In this document: piece by piece, positions 53,978 through 63,273 of the stretch
How the letters are laid out: each line of letters opens with the position of its first letter
Numbering within the stretch: position 1 is the first letter of the stretch
Translations under genes and position numbers: made by a program
Notes under the pieces: generated by a model
The model's database searches: none
What the model was told of the DNA's origin: nothing
Seen by the model: only the letters and a program-made list of their open reading frames with translations
DNA from: a virus
Lineage: Duplodnaviria > Caudoviricetes
Reading direction: 5' to 3' (one strand)
DNA: 64,000 nt
Virus record (IMG/VR): IMGVR_UViG_3300025679_000005

Positions 53978-56854
53978 ATGGACCGTTGGGCGACCAAGAA
54001 CACTGTGGAGAGGCAGGACGACGAGGCTAGCCGTCTCGTTCGACCGTCTCCCAAGTATAAACCACCGAGGCGCGACCTTCGTCGGGAAAATGTGAGTCCG
54101 GAATCCGACTCCGATAGCGAGAGGGATCCCGACGAAAGCCGCAATTTCAAGGATATTGGGGGTTCGGTTCAACGGATAGCTCAGAGGTTCGCCAGGGACA
54201 CTGAGAGGATCCCTGCCAAAAGTAAGGAGACAGGGGAAACGGTCAACATTTCCCCTGATACCCTCAAAGAGCAGCCAGATAAGTACGAGGCCCTTGATTC
54301 TGACGAGGCCGAAAGTGCTCCAAAAGAGCCCAAGGTAGACGCTCCAGCCGAACCGAAAGCTGAAGGGGAGACCCCCAAGAAGCCTGAGAACAAGGAGCAG
54401 CACTACCAACAAGCGGGTGATGCTCTCCGAGCTTTGGCTAAGGACGACCCTCAGCTCAAGGCCACACTGAAGAAGTTCACGACCCCTGGGGAGTTCTTCC
54501 ACGGAATGGTGGAGCAGAACCCCGACTTCGAGGCATCCAAGCTCTTCAAGAACATCCAGCTTCCCGAGGGTATCAAGACCATCTCGGACATGAAGCGGGC
54601 TCTTGAAACTAAGCCCAGTGCCCCTAAGGCGAAGGGGAAGAAGACTCCTGAGAAACCCGCCGAGGCTGAGAAGCCCAAAGGCAAAGCTCCTGAGCCCTTG
54701 GCCGACGCTGAGGAATCGAAGCGCAAACCCTCCAAGGAGAAGGTAGAGCTTCCAGAGAAGCCCGCTCCAGTCGAAGGCGAGCCCACGCCTCCAGAGGAAG
54801 CCCTCAAAGACACGGAGAAGACCGAGGAGAAGCCGGTGGATGCCGCCCCCTCAGGAGCCCCTGAACCTGACGAAGCCCCCGCCAAGGGCAAAGAGAAGGG
54901 CAAGAAAGACCAAAAGGAGCCCTCCCCCAAGCCACCTTCCGAATCCCAGAAGCATGGGATAGCGGATCCGGTGCGTAATCCGGCCAGCCAGGCGGAGAGG
55001 CAAGAGGCTTTGAGTTTGCTACTGAACACATTCGAGCCGGAGATGGCGGCGAACTTTGCAAGCCTTCATCCTGCGGATGTGAAGACCCTTGTGAGGGATT
55101 ACAACACTGCGAAGTTAGGGGTGAAGATTGCCAAACCCTCGGACTTCGCAGAGAAGGTGTCTCACTTCTTTCAGACGGATCCAGCCAAGGTAAAGCCTCC
55201 GGCAATGGGTACCTCTAAAACAGGCCAGAAAGTCCCATTCGAGTCGCTATCTCCTGAAGAACAGTCGACGGCAATGCGTGAGCACCAGATGCGGACTGTG
55301 GCTTTGAGCATGGCTGCTCAAGAAGCCCTGTCCAAGAAGCTCTCCAATCGAGGGATGCTGTCGGGTAAGCCTAGAATCCCTGAGAAACTTACATCGACTT
55401 TGGCAAAGGCGATGCTGACGAATACACCTCCCGAGAAGGCTGACGAGATCGCAACGAAGGTCTATGACAGCACCCTGGCTAGTGGGGATCCTCCACCGAA
55501 AATAGGGGACAATGCGGTCAGGAACTTCCTGGAGCAGGTCAAGGGGAACCCTGTAGCATCGAAGATGGCGAAGGCGTACTTGCAGGCCAACGACTATCAA
55601 TTGGCCAAGGACGAGTTCCTCAACAAGCCTAGCTCAGCGATCTCGGAACGAGACTCACCAGCAGGTATTGTTGATGGTCTGAAGAAGGTCGGCAAGTACT
55701 TCCAGAAGCGGAACGCACTCTATGGGGACGACCATGAGGTCAACCCCTCACAGACGCTGTTTCGTACCAAGGTGATGGATCGCCTACGGTCCTTGGAGCC
55801 AGAGAAGGCGGCCAAGGTCCAGACCCTTTTGGGTCGTGTGGACCATGAGGAGTATTCAGACCTACACAAGAAGTGGAAGACGAAGCACGGAGATTGGGAG
55901 AAGCGGAAGGCAGCTCACGAGAAAGCAGCTCACGCCTACTTGGACAGCCCCGAAGGCAAGAAGCCTCTAGGCAAATTTGCCGAAGAAGAGCCGAAAGAAC
56001 CCACTAAGCCGGTAACGTCTTCCCCGGACGAGAAACCTGAAGACTCTGCGAGTATTTGGGATGATGCTTTCGAGCAGGCTCCCAAGACTGCTAGTGTTTT
56101 TACTTATTCTAGAACACCTGTGATGGGATCTACCAACAAAACAGGTGTCTATCACGGTGTCGATCCGTATGCCTATGGGCCACCGGACTACCCAGGATGG
56201 ATGCAGCCGCATCAAAGGGATCTAGGGGACAGCGACTACAGGACGATTTTGGCTGAAGCCAAAGAGTTCCTGGGGTCTTCTCTATTGGATGTTGCCCAGG
56301 GCGGCATGAATCCCGATGCAAAATTCAGGGCGGCATTGGACCTGGCGATCTATTCAAGTCGCTACAACGGTGCAATCAATGCCACCGAATACTCCAAGCT
56401 TTTGGCGAAGTTGGCCGGCGAGCCTGAGCCTGCAATTGGCCAAACCCTCATGACTGTTACCGCAGGTGAGAAGTCGTCCTCGGATAGCACTTCTTCTTTT
56501 ACTCCCACACCAAGTGACCCCACTGGAGAAGTGACCACCATGAAAGCATCACGTGAAGTTCGCAAGTTCGCAGCCCTGGTTGCCAAGGTCGACGCCAAGA
56601 CCGCATTCGAGATGACCGAATTCGCGGACCGTCTGGCCGAAGACGAAAAGAAGATGCCGCCATGGCTCAAGGACAAGTTCGAAGGCAAGGGCGACGACAA
56701 AGACGACAAGAAGGAAGACAAGGGTCAGCAGCAAAAAGAAGCTTCTGACAAGTACGCTTCGCTCAAGTCGACCGTCATCAAAGCAGCCAACGCCGATCCG
56801 GCCGCTCGCGCTGCCTATCTACCCCTTCTCCAGGCCATCAAGGCGCTGGGCTGA
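53978..56854 (+). CDS. Large low-complexity head/scaffold-associated protein, possibly with nested starts at 56123 and 56540
   Basis: K/E/P-rich middle; KTAS and KEAS motifs; MPPWLKDKF. Confidence 0.7.
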   Translation: MDRWATKNTVERQDDEASRLVRPSPKYKPPRRDLRRENVSPESDSDSERDPDESRNFKDIGGSVQRIAQRFARDTERIPAKSKETGETVNISPDTLKEQPDKYEALDSDEAESAPKEPKVDAPAEPKAEGETPKKPENKEQHYQQAGDALRALAKDDPQLKATLKKFTTPGEFFHGMVEQNPDFEASKLFKNIQLPEGIKTISDMKRALETKPSAPKAKGKKTPEKPAEAEKPKGKAPEPLADAEESKRKPSKEKVELPEKPAPVEGEPTPPEEALKDTEKTEEKPVDAAPSGAPEPDEAPAKGKEKGKKDQKEPSPKPPSESQKHGIADPVRNPASQAERQEALSLLLNTFEPEMAANFASLHPADVKTLVRDYNTAKLGVKIAKPSDFAEKVSHFFQTDPAKVKPPAMGTSKTGQKVPFESLSPEEQSTAMREHQMRTVALSMAAQEALSKKLSNRGMLSGKPRIPEKLTSTLAKAMLTNTPPEKADEIATKVYDSTLASGDPPPKIGDNAVRNFLEQVKGNPVASKMAKAYLQANDYQLAKDEFLNKPSSAISERDSPAGIVDGLKKVGKYFQKRNALYGDDHEVNPSQTLFRTKVMDRLRSLEPEKAAKVQTLLGRVDHEEYSDLHKKWKTKHGDWEKRKAAHEKAAHAYLDSPEGKKPLGKFAEEEPKEPTKPVTSSPDEKPEDSASIWDDAFEQAPKTASVFTYSRTPVMGSTNKTGVYHGVDPYAYGPPDYPGWMQPHQRDLGDSDYRTILAEAKEFLGSSLLDVAQGGMNPDAKFRAALDLAIYSSRYNGAINATEYSKLLAKLAGEPEPAIGQTLMTVTAGEKSSSDSTSSFTPTPSDPTGEVTTMKASREVRKFAALVAKVDAKTAFEMTEFADRLAEDEKKMPPWLKDKFEGKGDDKDDKKEDKGQQQKEASDKYASLKSTVIKAANADPAARAAYLPLLQAIKALG

Positions 56855-56887
56855 AACTTACCAGGAAAGACACGAGAGGAACCTATC

Positions 56888-57283
56888 ATGCCGAACAAAC
56901 TTTCCGCTGAACAGTCGAAGAAGGCGAGCACCGTGCTCAGCCACCTCGATCGCATTGCCTCTGACATTCAAGCGAACTTCGCCTCCATGGGCTTGTCGTT
57001 CGACAACGCCAAGACCCTCGTCAACCACCTGGACAAGGTTGCTGATGAAGCCGAAGCTCACTTCTACGGCCCAGAGTCGATGACTCGCCGTCAGATCGAA
57101 GTCCTCAAGACGGCCAAGGTCATCCAGAAGGAATCGGATGAGCCGTACATGGCGACCTTCGAGAACCCGATGGCGCCGATTCAAACCGACGCTGACGAAC
57201 CGTACATGTCCGCCTACAAAGATGACCAGTCATCTGCGGTGAACAGCGGCAAGTCGACAACGGGCCGTCCCCTAGCCCCTTGA
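56888..57283 (+). CDS. Small virion-module protein
   Basis: GAGGA SD; internal repeat (S/A)DEPYM. Confidence 0.7.
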   Translation: MPNKLSAEQSKKASTVLSHLDRIASDIQANFASMGLSFDNAKTLVNHLDKVADEAEAHFYGPESMTRRQIEVLKTAKVIQKESDEPYMATFENPMAPIQTDADEPYMSAYKDDQSSAVNSGKSTTGRPLAP

Positions 57284-57295
57284 ACCTGACTCTCT

Positions 57296-57964
57296 ATGCC
57301 GACAGCTAGTACCGCTGAAGCTGAGTCTGCCCGTCGAGCAAAGATCTCTGCGGCTCTTAAGGGCGTACCTAAAGGGCCCAGACTTCCTTGTAGTGCGGAA
57401 ACTCGGGAAAAGCAATCGAAGGTATCGAGCCTTCGATGGGCCTCTATGTCTCAAGAAGATAGAGAAGCCGTAGGTACTGCAATCAGCAATAGCCTGACAG
57501 ATTCCTCTAAGGTCGAAGACCTTGATAAAAAGCTCTGCAAGGAATGCCAGCACCCTCTTTTGAGGGCGGACTTCGTTAGCGATGTCCGAAATCGAGATGG
57601 GCTGTCTGCAATCTGTAAAGAGTGCAATAATCAACGGACAAAAGAGTGGGCACTGGCTCACCCTGAGTCCGTCAGAGGGTACAAGCGTAGTCGGTACAAC
57701 ATTGACTTTGAAGCCTTGTGGGAAGCTCAAAAAGGCCTGTGTGCTCTCTGCACTAAGCCCATGCTTCTAACGGGGCAAAAAGCAGAATCAGTTGTTGTGG
57801 ATCATGACCACAATTGTTGCCCAGCAGGTAAGGCAGCTTCCTGTGGGAAGTGTGTTCGCGGACTCCTTCACAATTTCTGTAATCGGTTCCTGGGGTACTT
57901 GGAAAAGAACCCCGAGCTGGCACAGGCAGCAGAGGCCTACTTGGCAAAAAAGCGGGCAAAATGA
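57296..57964 (+). CDS. Endonuclease VII-type homing nuclease with an N-terminal NUMOD-like region
   Basis: CKEC...DGLSAICKEC; LWEAQKGLCALC...VVDHDHNC...VRGLLHNFCNRFLG. Confidence 0.85.
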   Translation: MPTASTAEAESARRAKISAALKGVPKGPRLPCSAETREKQSKVSSLRWASMSQEDREAVGTAISNSLTDSSKVEDLDKKLCKECQHPLLRADFVSDVRNRDGLSAICKECNNQRTKEWALAHPESVRGYKRSRYNIDFEALWEAQKGLCALCTKPMLLTGQKAESVVVDHDHNCCPAGKAASCGKCVRGLLHNFCNRFLGYLEKNPELAQAAEAYLAKKRAK

Positions 57965-58671
57965 TTGATTACTGGAAATTAACTCGCGACTTTGCGCCTG
58001 GGGACTATGTACAGAAGTACATCTCCAGTCGGAGCGTCAGTCTGTCACCCTATGTGGGCCGCGTCACCGCGGTCCTACATGGGATCGGCTTTCTTGATGT
58101 CCAGTGGCCATTTGACAATGAGCGAGTCTCTCCCGAAGAGGTCGTGAAGGTCAACAAGGAATTCGCTTCCTATCTGCCACCAAGCTTGAACTTCTCGTAT
58201 TATCCTGGCTTAGAGCAGCTCAGGGAGGCGTCCACAAGCATGTGGCGCTCAACTGAGCTGCCTCCTGGGTTCCACAAGGAACTAGCGAAGCTGTTCCACA
58301 AGGGCGCTCACGAGGTTCAGGCCTATGACGAGCTGTGGCACCGATTCGCTTCGTTCTCGGACGACTCTGCTCTCAAGGATGAAGTAGACAAGTTCTATCG
58401 TTTCGCTTCGAACTCGATTGATCTCTTTCTCCAGGAGTTCATTCGTAAGTCTGCCACCTACTGGGCTGCTCAGAATCGCACCCATCGAGCCACCAAGTCT
58501 GAGGTCTCCAATCGCTGCCCCAATTGCCCCAAGTGTGGGACGGCAATGCGAAAGGCCACCTACAAGATGGCCGAAGGTCAACGTGAGCGTCTATTCGCTT
58601 GCCCTAAGGATCTGTACCTGATCAAGCAGACTGACATCCTAGGTCCTGGGGGAGAACCTGTATCATGGTGA
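57961..58671 (+). CDS. Hypothetical protein with a C-terminal zinc ribbon
   Basis: SH3-like start (GDYVQK...GRVTAV); CPKCG...LFACPKD. Confidence 0.7.
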   Translation: MIDYWKLTRDFAPGDYVQKYISSRSVSLSPYVGRVTAVLHGIGFLDVQWPFDNERVSPEEVVKVNKEFASYLPPSLNFSYYPGLEQLREASTSMWRSTELPPGFHKELAKLFHKGAHEVQAYDELWHRFASFSDDSALKDEVDKFYRFASNSIDLFLQEFIRKSATYWAAQNRTHRATKSEVSNRCPNCPKCGTAMRKATYKMAEGQRERLFACPKDLYLIKQTDILGPGGEPVSW

Positions 58672-59024
58672 CTTCAAGCGTCCCTCCGACTGTGAAGGGC
58701 TTCCTCACCATTCTGGTGGGTCGTTTGACCCAGTACGACAAGAAGCTGCAAGCTAAGCAGCCCAACATCTATCGTCTGGGGTTGTTGTTTGCGGCTAAAG
58801 AGAAGGTCGAAGCCAGGGTCCGTCGCTACCTCCAGGACTCCACTCCTGGGGCCCTCAATGCTTTGAAGGAAGCTCTCACCAAAGAGTTCCTTGTGAATGA
58901 CATGCCACCAGTCAAAGCCGTCATGAAGATGATTGATGAGTACTTGGCGAACGGAAAAGCCCCGAAGTACTCCTCTGTTGACCGCGTGATCGATCGCTTT
59001 TTTGGCGTCAAACCGTTGATCTGA
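58665..59024 (+). CDS. Hypothetical protein
   Basis: 119-aa ORF coupled to its neighbours. Confidence 0.65.
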   Translation: MVTSSVPPTVKGFLTILVGRLTQYDKKLQAKQPNIYRLGLLFAAKEKVEARVRRYLQDSTPGALNALKEALTKEFLVNDMPPVKAVMKMIDEYLANGKAPKYSSVDRVIDRFFGVKPLI

Positions 59025-59028
59025 ACCC

Positions 59029-61866
59029 ATGGCATTTTCAAAGTACGCGAACGCAGCAGTTGTTCAGCCCGTCGTTACGATGGCGGCATGGGATGACCTG
59101 CGTGCGAAGGCTTTGGCCATTGGCGGGGTGTTCGACAAGAAGGCCAATGCAGAGGTAGTTCAGAAGTACGACCCCAAAGAGTACATGCTGAGCCACTGCA
59201 CGATCATTGCCTCGGTGGACACTGAGAACGGTCCGGGTTCGCTAGGCCGTACGTTTGACAACGGCTTTCAAATAGATCGCCGCTTCAAAGATTACTACAT
59301 CACCCCTAACACCGCGAAGTACGTCAACAATAACTGCTTTGTGCCTGGTACCCTAATTTTGATGGGTGATGGTACAGAGCGTTCTATTGAAGATGTGGTC
59401 GTGGGGGATACTGTAGTAACGCATACAGGCAAAATTCGTAAGGTTCTTGAGACCTTCAAACACCCATTCAGAGGTTATCTGAGGGACATCAAGCGCCTTG
59501 GAGATAATCGTAAGTTATCTCTCACACCGGAACATCCTGTGTGGGCGATGACCTCGGCTATAACTTGTGCCTGTGGTTGTGGCACCCCTTTAGATCGTAA
59601 AGGGCGCAAAGCCGCTGTGCATCGATTCCAGGACTACGTTCAAGGGCACGGGGCAAAACCTCGTAAGAACCCTAAGCCAGACTATACTTGGATTTCGGCA
59701 GCTTTGTTGGAGAAGGGGGATTTCCTTTCTAGCCCTAGGTTGCAGGGTGTCTCTGACACTGCTGTGACCCCAGGTAAGGCCAGGCTGTTGGGTTATTATC
59801 TAGCTGAGGGGTTCTACCACAAACAGAAATCTGTTAGAGTTAGCGTCAAGTACAAGCAAGCTATTGAGGGCCCTGATTCAATTCCTGTCGGGGTCAATTT
59901 CGCATTATGCCTAGATGAAACAGACACTTTGGTTGCTGAAATCCAGCGATTACTCAAAGAAGAGTTCAATGTAGGCTCCTCTGTCAGTAGGGTCTCTGAA
60001 AATGGTGTCTGTGTCTACAGCCAACAGTCTATGGAATTGGTGCAGTTCATCAAAGAGCACGCGACGGAGTACGCTAAGAAAAAGCGACTACATGCTTCTG
60101 TTCTTACTTGGCCCCTGCATCTCCAACGTGAAGTGGCTCAAGCTTGGATTGAGGGCGATGGCTGCGTAGAGTCCACAGCGGGTGGGTGGATCTCTGTAAC
60201 CTCTGCTTCCTCAGATCTTATCTCGCAGATGCATCTAATCTTCGGTAGGTTGGGGGTCTTTGCGACAAGAGGCGAACGGCGAGCCCAAGGTCGGAAGCGT
60301 AGTCGTGTAGCCAACGGGTCTTATGTTGTTGTCGCGGACCCTACCAAAGAGTGTGTGTCTTACACCTTGCAAGTAGGATCTGTTCACGCGGAAGCTCTCC
60401 TGGGAGGTTCTTTCCTAGAGGGTCTGTACAGGAGATCCGTTCAAAATAGGCGCAAGCACACTCTAGGATTTAGGGTGTCTCCTGAACGAACGATGTTCCC
60501 CATTCGTTCAGTTGAAAAGCGCTATTACGATGGGTCTGTCTACAATTTTGAGACCGATGAGGATCACTCCTACGTAGCAAATGGGGTCGCCGTTCACAAT
60601 AGTGATTCGTGGGAGCGCAAGCTTCTCCTTGGTACGTTCCGTACGTTCATTGGCGGCCAGAACTACGTCGAGCATCTTCAAATACCAGAGCTTTCAAAGG
60701 GTCGTATCATCGACGCCGCAGCCCGGGACCTTGGGGACACTGTCTACGTAGATATCCTAGTAGCCACTGAGTTGAAGCACAGGCCATTAATTGCGGCGAT
60801 TCAATCCAAGGAGCTGCAAACTCTGAGCATGGGGTGTTCTGTGCAGCATACGACCTGCACACAATGTGGGAACGTAGCCGAGGATGAGACTCAGCTCTGT
60901 GCTCATATCAAATACTCCAAGGGCAACTCTTTCATGGATTCCTTGGGTAAAGTCAGGAAAGCTGTTGAGCTTTGTGGGCACCACTCTGATTTGCGATCAG
61001 TCAAGTTCATTGAGGCTTCATGGGTCGCCAATCCCGCTTTCACAGGGGCAGTCCTTCGCAACATCCTCACTCCTGAGGAAGCTGCAATGGCAGGTCATCG
61101 GATGCAGTTCGCGTTCTCGATGCCAACTCAAGTGCCGGATGCTTCGCAATTCGGTAAAGCGGCACGCATTGATAATACACGTCGTGAGCAAATTGCACGC
61201 TCAGGATATGTCAATCATGGTGCCAGAGTCGTTAACCATGTGAACAATCCTGCTATCTTCCCAAGGATTGCAGTGTCGGACCCTTCACAGGGTGGACCCT
61301 CAGAAGAGCAATTTGAGGGTGCTGATGCAGCGACCCCTAAGAAGGAAGAGGGTCAACCCATTGATAAGGCGGTCGACAACCTCGCGGATCTGATCAAAGA
61401 GAAGGCTCTTGAGAAGGTCCGGGGAGAGATGAACAAAAAAGATCTCCCCCCTCGTGCTGATTTGGATGAAAATCAGAACAACACTTTGCTCCGTGAAGCA
61501 GTGTCGAAGAGTGCCTCGTGGAGACGTTTGGCAGAGGTTGTTATCGCCTCTACGCCCGACTCCGAGGCAGCTCGTAAAGTCTTGATCGGTCTGATGCTGT
61601 TCAAGAATGGCGGCTGGAAAGCTGTCAAAAAGGCTTCGTACTCAGGAATAGAAGTACTTGCAATCTCTCGCTTTCTGGACAAGATCCAGGGGGTCAAGAT
61701 TGCTGGTGAGCACCGTATCTACCGCACCGTTTTGGCTGTTGGTGGGATGTCTGCTTACGGAGATGTAGATAGCTACCTAGCGGCTTGTCGTCGGGTAGTT
61801 GGACGTGAACTAACCACGTCAGAGGTCGATACCCTTGTTGCAAAAGGGAAGTTATTCGACCTCTGA
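59029..61866 (+). CDS. Prohead protease (HK97/herpes-type fold) with intein (about 523 aa after splicing)
   Basis: NNN|SDSW...TF.G..NYVEH...GRIIDA; LSMGC; IEASWVANPAF; Cys-rich insert CTQCG...C.H. Confidence 0.8.
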   Translation: MAFSKYANAAVVQPVVTMAAWDDLRAKALAIGGVFDKKANAEVVQKYDPKEYMLSHCTIIASVDTENGPGSLGRTFDNGFQIDRRFKDYYITPNTAKYVNNNCFVPGTLILMGDGTERSIEDVVVGDTVVTHTGKIRKVLETFKHPFRGYLRDIKRLGDNRKLSLTPEHPVWAMTSAITCACGCGTPLDRKGRKAAVHRFQDYVQGHGAKPRKNPKPDYTWISAALLEKGDFLSSPRLQGVSDTAVTPGKARLLGYYLAEGFYHKQKSVRVSVKYKQAIEGPDSIPVGVNFALCLDETDTLVAEIQRLLKEEFNVGSSVSRVSENGVCVYSQQSMELVQFIKEHATEYAKKKRLHASVLTWPLHLQREVAQAWIEGDGCVESTAGGWISVTSASSDLISQMHLIFGRLGVFATRGERRAQGRKRSRVANGSYVVVADPTKECVSYTLQVGSVHAEALLGGSFLEGLYRRSVQNRRKHTLGFRVSPERTMFPIRSVEKRYYDGSVYNFETDEDHSYVANGVAVHNSDSWERKLLLGTFRTFIGGQNYVEHLQIPELSKGRIIDAAARDLGDTVYVDILVATELKHRPLIAAIQSKELQTLSMGCSVQHTTCTQCGNVAEDETQLCAHIKYSKGNSFMDSLGKVRKAVELCGHHSDLRSVKFIEASWVANPAFTGAVLRNILTPEEAAMAGHRMQFAFSMPTQVPDASQFGKAARIDNTRREQIARSGYVNHGARVVNHVNNPAIFPRIAVSDPSQGGPSEEQFEGADAATPKKEEGQPIDKAVDNLADLIKEKALEKVRGEMNKKDLPPRADLDENQNNTLLREAVSKSASWRRLAEVVIASTPDSEAARKVLIGLMLFKNGGWKAVKKASYSGIEVLAISRFLDKIQGVKIAGEHRIYRTVLAVGGMSAYGDVDSYLAACRRVVGRELTTSEVDTLVAKGKLFDL
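59335..60600 (+). mobile_element. Intein (422 aa) with LAGLIDADG-like endonuclease
   Basis: CFVPGTLI; TPEHPV; LLGYYLAEG and AWIEGDG; SVYNFETDEDHSYVANGVAVHN|S. Confidence 0.95.
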
Positions 61867-61921
61867 GAATCGTAAATCTCTTTATACCCCACTACAAGGC
61901 ATAGGAAAGGGTGATCCCGTC

Positions 61922-63193
61922 ATGCGCGAACGCACCACCTGGAATCGTGAGAAGCTTGCAGAGATTGTCAAAGCCGCCAACAACAAGGTTGCTGAAGACC
62001 CTCGTGCAATGAATCAAGACCACTTGAGCCAACAACCAGCAGCCGACAAGTACGAGATCGGTGGCCCTTCGGATTTTGCCGAAGATGTCGCCCCCTCGAA
62101 TTGGAAGGCTGAGTACTCCGGTGGCGAAGTCAAGCGCAACGAGATCGGCATGCCCGAGATGCGTGGCGAAACTTTCACCCACTCTGAGAAGACTGCCGCG
62201 GAGCAGCAAGAGCAGGACGACGAGACCCTCGAAAAGAAGGCCGCCCTCTGCATCAAGCTCGCTACGAAGTGCCTCCCCAAGAAGGCCTCGGAATCGATGA
62301 TCGAAGATCAGGCACTTGCATTCATGCACATGCCCGACGCCGCCCTCATCGAGACTTCAATCCGCCTCGCAGCGGACGAGGACGAGAAAGAGGAAGAGCA
62401 GCAGCAGAAGCAGGCTCAACAGGATCAGCAGCAAGCTCAGGCTCAGCAGCAACAAGCTGACGAAGAGAAGAAGCAAGCTGGTCAGATCCCCGAGAACTTC
62501 AAGAAGAAGGACGACGAGGAAAAGGGCCAGCAGGACAAGGAAGCTGGTCAGATCCCCGAGAACTTCAAGAAGAAGGACGAGGACGACAAGGGCGAGCAGC
62601 AGCAGAAGCAAGCTCAAGGCCAGCAGCAACAGGACGAAGCCAAGGAAGAGCAGCAGAAGCAAGCTTTCGTGGCCTTCAAGAAAGCCTGTGATGCAATGGC
62701 TCAGGGTATGGGCGTGCCGCAAGACCAGGTCATGGCCTTGTTCCAGCAAGCTCTCTCGGGTCAGCAACAGCAGCAGATGCCGCAAGCTCCCGCTCAACAG
62801 CAGCAGATGGGCGACGACCAACTCTTGGATCAAATGCTCCAGGACGAAGGTCAGCAGCCTGTCATGGCCGGTCTCGACGACATCCAACTGGAAGGTACTT
62901 CCATGGATACCGGTGAGATTCGCTTGGGCTCGGAAGACGAGGTGCTCGCCACCCTGTTCGCCAGCCACGAAGAAGTTCGCAACGCCAATCATGCCAACGC
63001 AATCACCTCGGGCATCCCGATGGTGGCTTCGCAGGGCACGACCCGTACAGCTTCGACCCGTACTATCGGTACTCGCCCGTCAGCTGGCGTGTCCACAATC
63101 GGCAGCGGCAGCAACGCCTCTTCTGGTGGTGACATCGACAAGCTTTCGAGCCTCTGGGCTTCGGCTCCCGATGTGAAGGGTGTCTTCGGCTGA
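61922..63193 (+). CDS. Scaffold-like protein (Q/E/K/D-rich) upstream of the decoration and capsid genes
   Basis: AGGAAAGGG SD before ATG 61922; low-complexity acidic middle; located between protease and capsid. Confidence 0.7.
   Translation: MRERTTWNREKLAEIVKAANNKVAEDPRAMNQDHLSQQPAADKYEIGGPSDFAEDVAPSNWKAEYSGGEVKRNEIGMPEMRGETFTHSEKTAAEQQEQDDETLEKKAALCIKLATKCLPKKASESMIEDQALAFMHMPDAALIETSIRLAADEDEKEEEQQQKQAQQDQQQAQAQQQQADEEKKQAGQIPENFKKKDDEEKGQQDKEAGQIPENFKKKDEDDKGEQQQKQAQGQQQQDEAKEEQQKQAFVAFKKACDAMAQGMGVPQDQVMALFQQALSGQQQQQMPQAPAQQQQMGDDQLLDQMLQDEGQQPVMAGLDDIQLEGTSMDTGEIRLGSEDEVLATLFASHEEVRNANHANAITSGIPMVASQGTTRTASTRTIGTRPSAGVSTIGSGSNASSGGDIDKLSSLWASAPDVKGVFG
62475..62580 (+). repeat. Exact 40-nt direct repeat (62475-62514 and 62541-62580) encoding AGQIPENFKKKD
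   Basis: AAGCTGGTCAGATCCCCGAGAACTTCAAGAAGAAGGACGA twice, with a 66-nt in-frame period. Confidence 0.95.
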
Positions 63194-63273
63194 TTCAGCC
63201 TGAGACTCCGTACCTTTAAATCCAAATGTGAATCTGTCTACCCAGCAACAGCCCATTTTAGGAGAACATAACA

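Noticed and set aside
62475-62580. 40-nt direct repeat as a CRISPR array
   Set aside because: Only two copies, an in-frame 66-nt period inside a coding region, and no cas genes or leader; it is a protein repeat.
62316-63176. 286-aa Arg/Ser-rich overlapping ORF
   Set aside because: Shifted-frame shadow of the CAG/GAG/AAG-rich scaffold gene, with no SD or domain signal.
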